From Candidatus Bathyarchaeota archaeon (GTDB taxonomy: Archaea; Thermoproteota; Bathyarchaeia; 40CM-2-53-6): a DNA stretch of 64,000 nucleotides. Position numbers and translations under genes: made by a program. Shown here in pieces: positions 10,657 through 22,205 of this stretch (its first letter is position 1; each line of letters starts with the position of its first letter). Under the pieces are notes generated by a model. It was not told the origin of the DNA. It did not search any database and was given only the letters and a program-made list of their open reading frames with translations. The stretch lies in NCBI GenBank assembly GCA_963706285.1, contig CAVPLU010000014.1, positions 1 through 64,000 on the forward strand, read 5' to 3'.

Positions 10657-10983
10657 ATGATCTCTCAAGGCGAGCCATCGCTGAAACGTCTGCTGGGTTG
10701 GCTTATCGCAGGCACGAAAGGAGGCCCAACTCGGGCCGAGATAATTGCGGTATTGAAAGAGACCCCCCAGAATGCGAACCAACTGGCGAGCAGGCTCGAC
10801 AAGGACTACAGAACCATAAGGCATCATCTGGAGATTCTCTCCAAGAATGGCATAATCACTTCTGGCGGAGACAGATACGGCACCACATATTTCCTGACCT
10901 CACAAATGGAGCAGGACTATGTCTTCTTCGAAGAGATTGTGGGTAAACTCTGGGAAAGACCTAAGACGAACAACAGAAAATAA
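10657..10983 (+). CDS. ArsR-family winged-helix regulator
   Basis: WLIAGTKGGPTR..II..L...P.NANQLA..L..DYRTIRHHL..L, the archaeal ArsR-like pattern. Confidence 0.85.
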   Translation: MISQGEPSLKRLLGWLIAGTKGGPTRAEIIAVLKETPQNANQLASRLDKDYRTIRHHLEILSKNGIITSGGDRYGTTYFLTSQMEQDYVFFEEIVGKLWERPKTNNRK

Positions 10984-10994
10984 GTGAGATCATC

Positions 10995-11426
10995 ATGAAC
11001 AAGAATCTGAAACCTTGGATAATCTTTGCCACACTGATATTGGTGGCATTGGTGGTAGCGTTTCTGGGTATCACTTATCTGGAACCATCTAGGCCACCAT
11101 TTGCGCCTAGGCCCACCCATCCGCCGCCTCCTGGAGACATCCAGCTGTATTACACGATCCAAGTCGTGCTTTCAACAATCAATGTCACACTTCTGGTCTT
11201 CCTGTTCTCCGCGTATCTTGGCTTGTATCGAAAGATGAAATCGCATTTCGCTTTGGGCCTAATGGTGTTCTCGGTCATCTTGCTATTCTACGCACTGTCC
11301 TCCAACCCTCTTGTTCAGCGTGTCTTTGGCTTTTTCGCATTCGGACTTGGACCATTTGCCATGTTGCCTGAATTATTCACATGCGTCGCCCTAGTTGTGC
11401 TGCTATACCTCACTTTCAAGTACTAA
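10995..11426 (+). CDS. Membrane protein paired with the ArsR regulator
   Basis: Four hydrophobic segments, FGLGPF..LP motif, 11 nt downstream of the regulator. Confidence 0.75.
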   Translation: MNKNLKPWIIFATLILVALVVAFLGITYLEPSRPPFAPRPTHPPPPGDIQLYYTIQVVLSTINVTLLVFLFSAYLGLYRKMKSHFALGLMVFSVILLFYALSSNPLVQRVFGFFAFGLGPFAMLPELFTCVALVVLLYLTFKY

Positions 11427-11722
11427 ACAGGATTAATGTTAAGATATACAGGAAACTGAATTCCATTCTTCAATTGGCGAGAATTGCGCTGAACCCCGCC
11501 GCAGGGGGACATTGGTTACTGATTATTAGAAGTCAAATCCTTGCGTACTGTTAATTGTCCGGCATCGTATCATGATTTCAAACGCTTGTTCACTGATGGA
11601 TACTGCAACATCAGCACGCTCAGATTGGGGAAGAATTAGGAGAGAAGTTGAGCGTAATTCTGAAAATCCCTCTTATGGGATGACGCACCAGCTCACCCAT
11701 ACTAACACTGGAGCGGAGAAGT

Positions 11723-11989
11723 ATGATGCGAAGAGACAGCCACACGATCATATCGTACACTCGCAGAGTCCATCGGGGCTTTGACAAGACTACTCACAAT
11801 CTATGCCCACGATGCAGAAGCCACAGCCTCGCAGTATACTTCAACTCCGGCAGCCCGCGAAAGGTGGGAGCCCTCTGTTATTTATGCGGATTTGTTGGCT
11901 TCTTTGCCCGCAATGATTTCTTCGAGATCGGAAATCTCACACCCGACCTCGCATTGACCATCAACAACCATGTGGTTTGTAAACAGTGA
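11723..11989 (+). CDS. Small zinc-ribbon protein
   Basis: CPRC...CYLCGF, with GGAG upstream. Confidence 0.55.
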   Translation: MMRRDSHTIISYTRRVHRGFDKTTHNLCPRCRSHSLAVYFNSGSPRKVGALCYLCGFVGFFARNDFFEIGNLTPDLALTINNHVVCKQ

Positions 11990-12454
11990 CCAAACATGCA
12001 CAGAAGACTCATAATGACCACAATGTTGCTGACGCTGTCTGTATGCCACGAGGATCTTTCGGTAGTTAGAAGCGAGTGTTCATGTCAAGTCTGAGATCCA
12101 TTCTTGACGCAACAATGAACTGGATAGCCACAAATGCAAGGTTCAGTTACCTGATGAGGTAGAACTCGTGCTGTATCTTTGCCTTGCAGCATACTTAGCA
12201 GTGCAGCTCCAACCGCAAGTGTGACTAGCCAAGGTCTTGGTCCAATTCTGAAAAACCCGTAAATAGCTTGCTGTGTGACGAATTTTGAATGTTCATCTCT
12301 AATGAGAGTCTTCTTGAACTTGCATGTCAACGTGAGTTCCCAGTCAAATGGTTTTGCATTCACAAAGTCAGTCTGCTCTATCTTTCTCTTGTTCAAACAG
12401 CGAGACTTATTCTCGGAGTGCTACTTTGCGTAGTTACGCTAGGGTGCATTAGAT

Positions 12455-13631
12455 TTGCAAGTTTCCTCTAACAATTCGCGAAGAACGATTGCGGTTCTTC
12501 TTTTGGTGATCGTAGTCGTAGGCTCAGTTGCGTTGTACTATAGTCCACTGCTTCAACAAACTCGGATGACGGCAACGACGGTTACGATGACTCAAGGAGT
12601 GCCTTTGGGGACGCAACTTGACCCAGTTACGGTATATGCGCAAGCGAGTCCTAGCGTAGTGACTGTGCAGGGAGTTATCACCGATATAACAGGTACTGGA
12701 AGCGTGCTTGGGACCGGCTTCGTGGTCGCATACAGCAATTCATACTACATCATAACCAACTTCCACGTAGTCGACGGTCTTACAGATTCAACGGTTACGT
12801 TCTCGAACGGAGACGCATATCCGGCAACAGTCGTTGGTTCCGACGCTTACAGCGACCTCGCTGTAGTATCAGTCGAGGCTTCCGCATCGGAGTTTCATCC
12901 GCTGCAGCTTGGAGTCTCATCTTCTCTTAGAGGTCGGTGAATCGGTAGTTGCTATTGGAAGCCCCTACGGCTTGTCTGGTACAATCACGGTGGGCGTCGT
13001 GAGTCAAGTTGGAAGGAGCTTACAGGAAGACACGGCTGGCGGGTTTGCGATCGCTGACACAATACAGTTCAGCGCTGCAATAAACCCCGGCAATTCAGGA
13101 GGTCCGCTCATTGACTCCAACGGAATGGTTGTAGGAATCACCACAGCCACCACCAGCGGCTCTGAGGGACTTGGCTTCGCTATCCCATCCGATACAATCT
13201 CCAGAGAACTACCATACCTCGTGAAGGATGGCAGGTATGACAGACATCCATACTTGGGTGTCCAGCTTGTGGCTATGGACTATCAGCTCTCTCAAGCGAT
13301 GCAAACGACCACAACATGGGGGGTATTGATCGAGAGCATAGTTCCCAACGGACCCGCAAGCAAAGCCGGTCTCAGAGGCGGCACCCAAGATGCCACGATT
13401 GGAGATCAACAATACCTCACAGGGGGCGACATCATAATATCGTTTGACGGAAACAAGATCGTTAACTACGATGCACTTTCTGCATACTTAGAGAGGCATG
13501 CCGTCCCAGGACAGACGATACAAGTTGGCATAATAAGATCAGGCAAAGAGATGGTGATCCCCGTGCAAGTAGGCACACGTCCGGCAATCCAATATGCTCC
13601 CCTTTCTAACCAGTCGAACACTTCATCCTGA
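12455..13631 (+). CDS. HtrA/DegP-like serine protease with PDZ domain, one apparent frameshift at ~12930
   Basis: N-terminal TM, triad motifs TNFHVV, SDLAV, GNSGGP, and PDZ GPA..AGL..GDII. Confidence 0.88.
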
Positions 13632-13831
13632 GCCCTCTGAATCGGGCGCCTAATCGAGCGGATCTTTTCGAGAGAACCATCCAAGTCATCGGCGTCTCCG
13701 AATCTCTTCGAAGAGTTCCCAAACAATTTCGGACCTGTCCGGAACGTTTGGCAGACATGCTCACGCGTGTTCCGACGTCCGGCATACCCTCACGATCTAC
13801 CACAACTGACACGATCACGGGATAGGGGAGC

Positions 13832-13906
13832 AGTATCTGCCCCTAGTTTGGGGGCAAGTTACCGCCGGACCCCTCAGGCACCCGTGCTTTCCTTGGTGCA
13901 GATACC
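13832..13906. ncRNA. Candidate structured RNA element between convergent genes
   Basis: Minus strand: GGUAUCU/AGAUACU closing stem enclosing GCACC/GGUGC and GCCCC/GGGGC hairpins. No family recognised. Confidence 0.3.
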
Positions 13907-13973
13907 TAATTGAGTTGATAGAATTCAAAGCGCACGAGTGTACGTAGGAGACTCGCCAGCTCTTTTCCAGTAA

Positions 13974-15356
13974 TCATCCTGTGAGGCTGAGGAAGGGTGC
14001 GGGTATCTGTCCTCCTCGTCTTACAAAGTTGGCTGAACTGAAGGTGCTAATTGGCATGATTACTGCTTCTCCGAAAAGTCCGCCGAACTTGACGGTTTCT
14101 CCAACTTTACCGTTTGGGACTGGGATCAGTCTCACGCCTGTAGGTTTGTTGTTAACTACTCCTATGGCCATTTCATCCAGAATAGTCGCCGATATTGTCT
14201 CTGCTTTTGTGTCTCCCGGAATCGCGATCATGTCAAGCCCTACGGAGCAGACCGAAGTCATGGCTTCCAGTTTCTCAATCGTCAAGGCCTTGGCTAATGC
14301 TGCATCCTTCATTCCAGAGTCCTCACTTACCGGTATGAACGCGCCGCTTAAGCCCCCGACAGAAGATACTGCCATTGCTCCTCCCTTCTTGATCGCGTCG
14401 GTGAGTATTGCCAAAGCTGCTGTTGAGCCTGGGGCTCCGCAGTATTCGATGCCCATGGCCTCGATTATGTCAGCTATGCTGTCACCCTCCTCAGGTGTCG
14501 GTGCCAAAGACAGGTCAACAGATCCGAATCTTGCTTCGAGTCGCTTGGCCATCTCCATGCCTATCAGTTCGCCCACGCGAGCAACCTTGAAGGCTGACCT
14601 CTTGATTAGATCTGCGAGCCCTCTGAAGTCTAGATCTTTCGCCTCTTCCACGACTGCTCTGATCACGCCAGGGCCGCTTATTCCAACATTTATTGTTGTA
14701 TCGTGTTCGCCCACGCCATGAAATGCGCCTGCCATGAACGGGTTATCTCCAGGCGCATTTGCAAATGTTACAAGTTTTGCGCAACCGATGCCATGTCTAT
14801 CAGCGGTCAATTCTGCAGTTTCTTTGATGACCTTGCCCATCTTCTGAGCTGCATCGACGTTTATTCCAGTCTTGGTTGTCGCTATGTTGACGCATGAACA
14901 GACGCGTTCTGTAACGCTCAAGGCTTTTGGAATCGAATCAATCAACACCGTTCCTCCTTTGTTCAATCCTTTTTGGACAAGCGCACCGAAACCGCCTATG
15001 AAATCAATATTCACTCGTGCAGTCGCCTCATCAAGAGTCTGAGCAAGCATTACCGCGCGGTTAGTTGCTTCGGCAGATGTTAGGCCGTCCACTATCGGCT
15101 CAAGCAATAGCGCAATCGGAGTCACAGCGAGTCTCCTGTTCACTATCGGGATACCGTGCTTCTTTTCTAGCATCTCTGCCTCTTCAGCGAGTTTCCCAGC
15201 CTTCTCCACTATCTTGCTGTAGATCTTCTCTCGCATAGTCCCAAAGTCTCTATCCACACAGCTGAGGAGACTTATTCCCAGCGTCACAGCTCTAACATTC
15301 AGATGTCTGAGAAAGATCATCTCATAGGTTTCGAGGACCTCATCAGGAGTGAACAT
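13974..15356 (-). CDS. PFL-family protein (DUF711/UPF0210)
   Basis: RAVTLGISL, DNPFMAGAFHG, GGLSGAFIPVSED, KLEAMTSVCSVGLDM. Confidence 0.93.
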   Translation of the reverse strand: MFTPDEVLETYEMIFLRHLNVRAVTLGISLLSCVDRDFGTMREKIYSKIVEKAGKLAEEAEMLEKKHGIPIVNRRLAVTPIALLLEPIVDGLTSAEATNRAVMLAQTLDEATARVNIDFIGGFGALVQKGLNKGGTVLIDSIPKALSVTERVCSCVNIATTKTGINVDAAQKMGKVIKETAELTADRHGIGCAKLVTFANAPGDNPFMAGAFHGVGEHDTTINVGISGPGVIRAVVEEAKDLDFRGLADLIKRSAFKVARVGELIGMEMAKRLEARFGSVDLSLAPTPEEGDSIADIIEAMGIEYCGAPGSTAALAILTDAIKKGGAMAVSSVGGLSGAFIPVSEDSGMKDAALAKALTIEKLEAMTSVCSVGLDMIAIPGDTKAETISATILDEMAIGVVNNKPTGVRLIPVPNGKVGETVKFGGLFGEAVIMPISTFSSANFVRRGGQIPAPFLSLTG

Positions 15357-15367
15357 TCAGCTCCCAC

Positions 15368-15649
15368 CTAGATCCTATGCAGATAGCGAAAGACAGCCTC
15401 GTCCTGTGCCACAACTTGTATCCCCAGCTCTTCTCCCTTCTTTTTCAATCGTTCCTGCAATTCTCCAACCGTAATCTTTCCCTCTTGAATCTCAGCCAGG
15501 ACGATCATTACAAATAGGCCATGCATCTCTGTCGAGGTCAAGTCAATGATGTTGACTTTGTTCTCAGCCAAGACCCCCGATATTCCCGCAACAATGCCAA
15601 CTCGATCTTGACCCATAGCAGTGACAACTAATCGTTCTCTTTCAGTCAA
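15368..15649 (-). CDS. ACT-domain protein (UPF0237)
   Basis: VTAMGQDRVGIVA..S..LA..NI.D and C-terminal F.YLHRI. Usual partner of DUF711. Confidence 0.9.
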   Translation of the reverse strand: MTERERLVVTAMGQDRVGIVAGISGVLAENKVNIIDLTSTEMHGLFVMIVLAEIQEGKITVGELQERLKKKGEELGIQVVAQDEAVFRYLHRI

Positions 15650-15779
15650 ACCAAGTATTCACCCGTTGTTTTAGGCCCACTGTCAAGGTGACTGTACTTA
15701 TGTCATCGCTTTCCATCATGAAGGCTGGCATGATTAGCAACGTACCAGTGCGCCTTGTGCTTCCGCCAGTCTCGTCCTC

Positions 15780-18700
15780 TTACTCTTCTGGGCCTTGAGA
15801 TCTGAGCGGCAATTTTCGGCGTTGCGAAGGTACAAATTCGTTCAGCGATTTTACTTCTGGAATGGTGCGTGTCCTATATTCAATGGCTTTGACCATTGCC
15901 CAAGCAAGTTCTATGCTGGTGATGACTGGAATGTTAGATTCAACTGCTAGCCTGCGTATTGTATATTCATCTTGAAGAGCTCCACTTTCTTGTTGGGACT
16001 CGGAAGCTACGGGAATATTGATGACTAAGTCGATCTTGTTTTCGAGCAAGAAATCTCTAATGTTGGGCTTAATTTCGGGGGTGCTGACTTTGTGTAAAAC
16101 TTGGACACGCAGGCCCGGGACTAGTCGGAAGCTTTCGGAGGTATTCTCAGTCGCATGAATCCTCATGCCGATCTTTTGGAGTCGTTTGGCTAGCGGTATG
16201 ATTTGTCGTTTGTATTCTTGTCCGGCTACTGTCACTAGGACAGCACCATTTGCAGCTGGAATCTTGATCTCTGCAGCCTCAAGGGCCTTCGTCAACGCGT
16301 CCGCTAGGTTGTCCCCCAGGCACGCAACTTCTCCCGTGCTTACCATTTCAACGCCTAACACTGGGTCAGCGCCTTTGAGTCGGACGAAACTGAACTGAGG
16401 AACCTTGACTCCCACGTGTGGAACAGTGAAGGTCATGGGTTTGTCCTCTGGCGGAAGCTTTCCTTCGACCACGATGTGCGCGGCCAGTTCCATGAGGTTT
16501 GTTCCCCAGGTCTTGCTGACGAATGGCATCGTTCTTGAGGCTCGCAAGTTGCATTCGATGACCATGACCTTCTCTTCGCTGACTAGGTACTGGATGTTGA
16601 AAGGGCCGCGGATTCCCAATGCTAGAGCGATTCTACGCGAATTGTAATCGATTGTCTTGATGGTAGGTTGTTTCAGGGTCTGCGGGGGAATGGTCATGCA
16701 AGCGTCGCCGCTATGAATTCCCGCCTTCTCTATGTGTTCGATGATTGCTCCAATGATTACTCGTTCTCCGTCACATACGCCGTCCACATCAACTTCCTTC
16801 GCGTTTCTCACAAACTTGGAAATTACAACGGGATGTTCCCGTGAAACCGATGCAGCCAGGTCAAGATGAGCGTCAAGTTCGGACTCGTTGTAGGCCACTC
16901 GCATGGCGGAGCCCGAGAGAACATAACTTGGTCTTATCAGAACGGGATATTCAATTTGCTTGGCAAATAGTCTCGCCTCTTCTCTGCTTGTTAGTGCACT
17001 CCACTTGGGCTGTGCAATCCCTAGAGTGTCAAGAAGTGCGCTGAACTTGGCGCGGTCTTCGGCCATGTCAATGCTTTCACTCGAAGTTCCAAGAAGGACG
17101 GCTCCAGCTTTCGTGAGGCTGTGCGCCAGACTGTTCGGCACTTGGCCTCCTGCACTCACAACGATTCCAATCGGTTGCTCCTTCTCGTAGATGTCCATGA
17201 TTCGCTCGACGGTCAACTCTTCGAAGTACAACTTGTCAGAAGAGTCATAGTCTGTAGAAACTGTCTCGGGGTTGTAGTTGATCATTATCGTCTCCTCGAT
17301 TCCGCACTCCTTTAGAAATCGAGTAGTGTTGACCGCGCACCAGTCGAACTCGACGCTGGAACCTATTCGAAAGACGCCTGAACCAAGCACTATCGCTTTC
17401 TTTCCGGATTTGAATGCAATGTCGTCGTCTTCGCCGCCATAGGTCAAGTAGAGGTAGTTGGTTTGCGCCGGCCATTCGGCAGCCATCGTATCAATCTGCT
17501 TAACAACCGGTATGAGCCCCCATTTCTTGCGAAGATCCCGAATACACTGCGTCGTTGTGGATACGAAGGCAGCAATCTGCGAGTCTGAGAATCCTAAACG
17601 CTTAGCCTGTGCAAGCAGGCCTTTCGGTAGCGAGTCAAGACTATGGAGTCCTAGCTCGCGTCTCATTTCAACTATGTTCTTGAGTTTTTCGAGAAACCAA
17701 GGATCGATACCAGTTAGCATAGATATTTCGCTGATTTCGAATTCAGCATCTAACGCGTGAGCTACTTCGAACAGCCGTGTGTCAGTCGGATGGCTGAGTG
17801 CTTGTACGATTTCTTCACGGCTCTCTAGTATCTGCTTACTTTCGAGGAGTCCTTCTCTTCCGTTGTCGAGCATTCGTACAGCTTTTTGCAGTGCCTCTTC
17901 AAAGCATCTGCCGATTGCCATCACCTCGCCTATGGATTTCATTGCGGGGCCTAGGTGTGGGTCGACATTTCGAAACTTCTGGAAATCCCATCTGGGGATC
18001 TTGACTACGACGTAATCCAACGCAGGTTCAAAGAATGCGCAGGTCGCTCCTGTGACTTTGTTTCTCAACTCGGGCAAGAGGAAGCCAATGGCTAGTTTTG
18101 CTGCTATGTAGGCCAGAGGATAACCAGTCGCTTTGCTTGCAAGTGCAGAACTCCTAGACATCCGAGCGTTAACCTCGATTGCCCGATACTGGCCGCTCTT
18201 TGGGTCTAGGGCCCACTGAATGTTGCACTCTCCAACGATCCCGAGCTTTTGTATCACTCGAATCGACTCTGAGCGCAACAGGTGATACTCCTCATTTGAC
18301 AGCGTCTGTGATGGTGCCACCACAGTCGAGTCGCCTGTGTGTATGCCCATGGGGTCGAAGTTCTCCATGTTACAGATGATCAGACAATTGTTGGCGCTAT
18401 CCCGCATGACTTCGTATTCGAGTTCCTTCCAGCCGCCAAGATATTCTTCGATAAGGATTTGGCCGATCGGGCTTTGTGCTATGCCCTCACCAGCCGCGAG
18501 TCTCAGCTGCTCACTATTGCGAGCAATTCCAGATCCCTTGCCACCAAGTGTGTAGGCGGCTCTCACTATCACTGGGTACCCGATTTTGTCGGCGACATTT
18601 AGTGCGTCGTCAACAGAATTCGCCGTCTCGCTCTGTGGGACAGGGACTCCCGCCTGTTTCATAGCTGAGCGAAAGAGCGCCCGATCCTCTGTGATCTCGA

Positions 18701-19076
18701 TGGCCCTCGCTGGCGTGCCAAGGATCTTGACGCCGAGTTCCTCCAGTCTTCCAGCCTTGGCAAGCTCCATGCCGCAATTAAGCGCAGTCTGGCCGCCGAA
18801 ACCTAGGACTATTCCGTCGGGTTTCTCGCGTCGAATGACTTCCGTCACATACTCAGCTGTCACAGGCAGCAAGTAGACCTGACCGGCCAGTTGAGGATCG
18901 GTTTGAACTGTGGCGATGTTAGGGTTGACGACAACTGTTTCAACACCTTCCTCCTGGAGTGCCTTCAAGCATTGCGAGCCTGAGTAATCGAATTCTGCGG
19001 CTTCGCCGATCTTGATTGCTCCGCTGCCGAGAATCAGTACCTTTCGTATCGACGGTAACTTGCGCAAATTCGTCAC
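15780..19076 (-). CDS. carB: Carbamoyl-phosphate synthase large subunit
   Basis: GSGAIKIGEAAEFDYSG, two ATP-grasp domains, C-terminal MGS domain. Start likely GTG 19076 overlapping the carA stop. Confidence 0.96.
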   Translation of the reverse strand: MTNLRKLPSIRKVLILGSGAIKIGEAAEFDYSGSQCLKALQEEGVETVVVNPNIATVQTDPQLAGQVYLLPVTAEYVTEVIRREKPDGIVLGFGGQTALNCGMELAKAGRLEELGVKILGTPARAIEITEDRALFRSAMKQAGVPVPQSETANSVDDALNVADKIGYPVIVRAAYTLGGKGSGIARNSEQLRLAAGEGIAQSPIGQILIEEYLGGWKELEYEVMRDSANNCLIICNMENFDPMGIHTGDSTVVAPSQTLSNEEYHLLRSESIRVIQKLGIVGECNIQWALDPKSGQYRAIEVNARMSRSSALASKATGYPLAYIAAKLAIGFLLPELRNKVTGATCAFFEPALDYVVVKIPRWDFQKFRNVDPHLGPAMKSIGEVMAIGRCFEEALQKAVRMLDNGREGLLESKQILESREEIVQALSHPTDTRLFEVAHALDAEFEISEISMLTGIDPWFLEKLKNIVEMRRELGLHSLDSLPKGLLAQAKRLGFSDSQIAAFVSTTTQCIRDLRKKWGLIPVVKQIDTMAAEWPAQTNYLYLTYGGEDDDIAFKSGKKAIVLGSGVFRIGSSVEFDWCAVNTTRFLKECGIEETIMINYNPETVSTDYDSSDKLYFEELTVERIMDIYEKEQPIGIVVSAGGQVPNSLAHSLTKAGAVLLGTSSESIDMAEDRAKFSALLDTLGIAQPKWSALTSREEARLFAKQIEYPVLIRPSYVLSGSAMRVAYNESELDAHLDLAASVSREHPVVISKFVRNAKEVDVDGVCDGERVIIGAIIEHIEKAGIHSGDACMTIPPQTLKQPTIKTIDYNSRRIALALGIRGPFNIQYLVSEEKVMVIECNLRASRTMPFVSKTWGTNLMELAAHIVVEGKLPPEDKPMTFTVPHVGVKVPQFSFVRLKGADPVLGVEMVSTGEVACLGDNLADALTKALEAAEIKIPAANGAVLVTVAGQEYKRQIIPLAKRLQKIGMRIHATENTSESFRLVPGLRVQVLHKVSTPEIKPNIRDFLLENKIDLVINIPVASESQQESGALQDEYTIRRLAVESNIPVITSIELAWAMVKAIEYRTRTIPEVKSLNEFVPSQRRKLPLRSQGPEE

Positions 19077-20240
19077 ATCACCTTTTTGGCGAATTCGTCG
19101 AAGAGAAACTTCGTATCCAAAGGTCCGGGAGATGCTTCCGGATGCCATTGGACCCCGAAAATAGGTCTACCGGGAAATCTGAACCCCTCGACTGTCTGGT
19201 CATTTGCGTTCAAGAACCAGAGCTTCATGCCTGAAGCCTCAAGCGAGACCCTGTCGACCGCGTACCCATGATTCTGCGTGGTCACATAGGCGCGGCCGTT
19301 TTCGCAATCAATCACTGGTTGGTTCTGTGAGCGGTGACCGTACTTCAGCTTGAAGGTCTTCGCTCCTGCCGCCAACGCTAGAATCTGGGTTCCTAGGCAG
19401 ATGCCCATCATGGGAAGCTCCATCTCGAGGAGAGTTCTGGCTGACTCGATGGTTGCGGTGCAAATGCTGGGGTCGCCAGGTCCGTTGCTTATCACAATTC
19501 CGTTCGGTTTGAATGAGAGAATCTCTATCCGCCGGCGTGTCGTACGGGACGCGAATCACTGTTAGATCGCATTTACGTAGATTGCGTATGATGCTGTGTT
19601 TGACGCCGCAGTCAACAAGCACAACTCGTGAGCTGTCTTCAGGACCGTACGTGATGGGACTGTGAGCAGATACTTCTGCAACAAGGTTGCGTTTGTTTGG
19701 ATCCTCGAAATGGTCAGCTTTCAGCTTGAACTCATCGGCGAGCGCAGCATCCGCATTCTCAGGGAAGCATAGATTTCCAAGCAAGACGCCATAGGATCGT
19801 AGAAGCCTGGTCAGTCGCCGTGTATCCACGCCACCGAGGCCTGGAACTCCCTCGGCTCTTAGCCACTCATCCAGACTCTTTGTGGAAGTCCAATGGCTGG
19901 GGCGCTCACAAAGTTCGTGAACGATAAGACCTCGTACGCGAATCATGTCAGACTCAAAATGGCGCAGCGTCTGAAACTCATCTAGCTCATTGGATGGCAC
20001 CCCATAGTTGCCAATCAAAGGATAGGTCAAGGTGAGTATTTGCCCTTGGTAGGAGGGATCCGTAAGCGCCTCAGGGTAGCCTACCATCGAAGTTGAGAAA
20101 ACCACTTCACCTGAGGTTTCAATTCTTCTTCCGAACTGGAAACCTTGAAAGACCGAACCATCTTGAAGAACGAGGAATCCCGGTTGCCGCTTCTCCGGGA
20201 GCTTAGCTTGCGTTCGTCGCTGCCTTGAGTCTTCTGACAC
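19073..20240 (-). CDS. carA: Carbamoyl-phosphate synthase small subunit, one apparent frameshift at ~19526
   Basis: GEVVF.T.M.GY...TDPSY, SNGPGDP, GICLG, TQNHG, QWHPE. Confidence 0.93.
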
Positions 20241-21009
20241 TTCTAGTAATCATTCCTGGGAGGTCCTTGCGGTTGCCGTTCTTTGCCACAATTTCGACAA
20301 GTGCACTTCCAACTATGGCTCCGTTGGCGCCGGCTTTCAAGACGGTGGCTACATGGTTGGGGGTTGAGATTCCAAAACCAACGCAAACTGGTAGCTTGTC
20401 AGCGAGTCTTCGCGTCCTCCTGACCAGTCTTGGCAGATTTTTGTTAAGATGTCTCCTTGTGCCAGTCACGCCGAAAAGGGAAGCGAGGTAGAGGAATCCG
20501 GAGCTTTGGGACGCTATTCGCTTCAATCTGCCATCTGACGTTGAAGGCGCTGCCATAAAGATTGTGTCCACACCGCTTTGATCAGCGACCATCCTGTATT
20601 CCAACGATTCTTCAATCGGAAGGTCAGGGATTATCACGCCGTCCACGCCGAACCTCGCTGCGGACTCGAAGAAGTTCTCAAGACCCATTCTATAGACAGG
20701 ATTGAAGTAAGTAAGCAGAACCACAGGAATCGTTCGCTTCCTCTTCACTTCGCCCACGAGGCTGAGAATCGCTGCTGGGCTCGTCTTGGCCTTGAGGGCT
20801 CTGTTTGCCGCAGCTTGTATTGTAGGTCCGTCAGCGATAGGATCAGAGAACGGGATTCCGATCTCCACAATATCGGCGCCGCCGTCAGCCAAGCCTAGAA
20901 CGATTCTATTCGTCAGGTCAACGGTCGGGTCTCCACCAGTCACGTATGCAACCAAGGCGCCCTCGTTTTTGTCGGCGAGTCGCTCAAGGGTTTCCGAGAT
21001 CAGGCTCAT
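20203..21009 (-). CDS. trpA: Tryptophan synthase alpha chain
   Basis: [30 protein letters not shown]. Confidence 0.96.
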   Translation of the reverse strand: MSLISETLERLADKNEGALVAYVTGGDPTVDLTNRIVLGLADGGADIVEIGIPFSDPIADGPTIQAAANRALKAKTSPAAILSLVGEVKRKRTIPVVLLTYFNPVYRMGLENFFESAARFGVDGVIIPDLPIEESLEYRMVADQSGVDTIFMAAPSTSDGRLKRIASQSSGFLYLASLFGVTGTRRHLNKNLPRLVRRTRRLADKLPVCVGFGISTPNHVATVLKAGANGAIVGSALVEIVAKNGNRKDLPGMITRSVRRLKAATNAS

Positions 21010-22205
21010 ACCTCGTCTCCCATCGTTTCAGCCACAACTTGCACGTCTTTGTCGCCCCGTCCAGATAGCGTAACTACAATGACGCCGTTTCTCTTCGTTC
21101 TTCTCGCTAACTTGGTTGCATAAGCCAGTGCGTGGGCGCTTTCCAAGGCAGGAATTATTCCCTCACTCAGTGAAAGCTGTGTGAAGGCATTGATCGCCGC
21201 CTCATCTCTGACTGCTGCGTAGTGCACTCTCTTGGCGGCATGGAGGAAGGCGTGTTCGGGCCCAACGCCCGGATAGTCCAATCCTGCAGAAATGCTGTGA
21301 GTTGCCTGTATCTGACCATTCATGTCCTGAAGCAGATAGGTCAGCATCCCGTGGAAGACTCCCTCATGCCCAGCGCAGATGGAGGCTGCGTGCATTCCAC
21401 TTCTCAAGCCTCTTCCGGCTGCCTCAACACCATAGAGCGCAACATTCTCATCTTTGAGGAACGGATAGAAAGTTCCTATCGCGTTGCTTCCGCCACCCAC
21501 GCAGGCAACAAGCGCATTCGGGAGCCTCTCCTCCTCTCTAAGGATCTGTTTTCTGATCTCCTTCCCTATGACACTCTGGAAGTCTCTCACAATCATTGGG
21601 AATGGGTGCGGTCCAACAGCGGAGCCTATCAGATAGTGAGTGGAGTCGGGGTTGGTTACCCAATCCCTGAAAGCCTCGTTGATAGCGTCTTTCAGGGTTC
21701 TTGATCCTGAAGAAACGGGGTTCACCTTAGCGCCGAGCATTCGCATTCTGAAAACGTTGAGCTTCTGCCTCTCCATGTCATCTGTTCCCATGTAGATTTC
21801 AGCCGTCAATCCAAGCATTGCGCATGCCATTGCAGTGGCTACACCGTGCTGTCCTGCGCCTGTTTCGGCTATCACTCTCTTCTTGCCGAGTCTTTTCGCC
21901 AAGAGTGCCTGGCCCACTGTGTTGTTTATCTTGTGTGCGCCTCCGTGCGCCAGGTCCTCTCGTTTTAGGTAGATCTTCGCTCCTCCACTTCTCCGAGACA
22001 GATTGGCTGCATAGTAGAGCGGAGTCGGCCTGCCCGCGTAATGTCGCAGATAATCAGTTAGCTGCCTTTGGAACGAGGCATCCTTCCTCAGCTTCAGGTA
22101 AGCGGCTTCCAGCTCGTCCAGCGTCGCGACAAGAGTCTCGGGAACGTAGCGCCCTCCGTATTTTCCATACTTTCCCTTGATCGGGTTGCGAGTAAAGTGC
22201 TTCAT
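21006..22205 (-). CDS. trpB: Tryptophan synthase beta chain (TrpB1 type)
   Basis: [47 protein letters not shown]. Confidence 0.97.
   Translation of the reverse strand: MKHFTRNPIKGKYGKYGGRYVPETLVATLDELEAAYLKLRKDASFQRQLTDYLRHYAGRPTPLYYAANLSRRSGGAKIYLKREDLAHGGAHKINNTVGQALLAKRLGKKRVIAETGAGQHGVATAMACAMLGLTAEIYMGTDDMERQKLNVFRMRMLGAKVNPVSSGSRTLKDAINEAFRDWVTNPDSTHYLIGSAVGPHPFPMIVRDFQSVIGKEIRKQILREEERLPNALVACVGGGSNAIGTFYPFLKDENVALYGVEAAGRGLRSGMHAASICAGHEGVFHGMLTYLLQDMNGQIQATHSISAGLDYPGVGPEHAFLHAAKRVHYAAVRDEAAINAFTQLSLSEGIIPALESAHALAYATKLARRTKRNGVIVVTLSGRGDKDVQVVAETMGDEV

Noticed and set aside
12085-12396. 103-aa minus-strand ORF with Cys-rich end
   Set aside because: No family motif or convincing start signals, so I cannot support it as a gene.
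19500-19540. Programmed ribosomal frameshifting in carA (likewise adk and htrA)
   Set aside because: No shared slippery heptamer or stimulatory structure. The many unrelated indels are better explained by consensus error.
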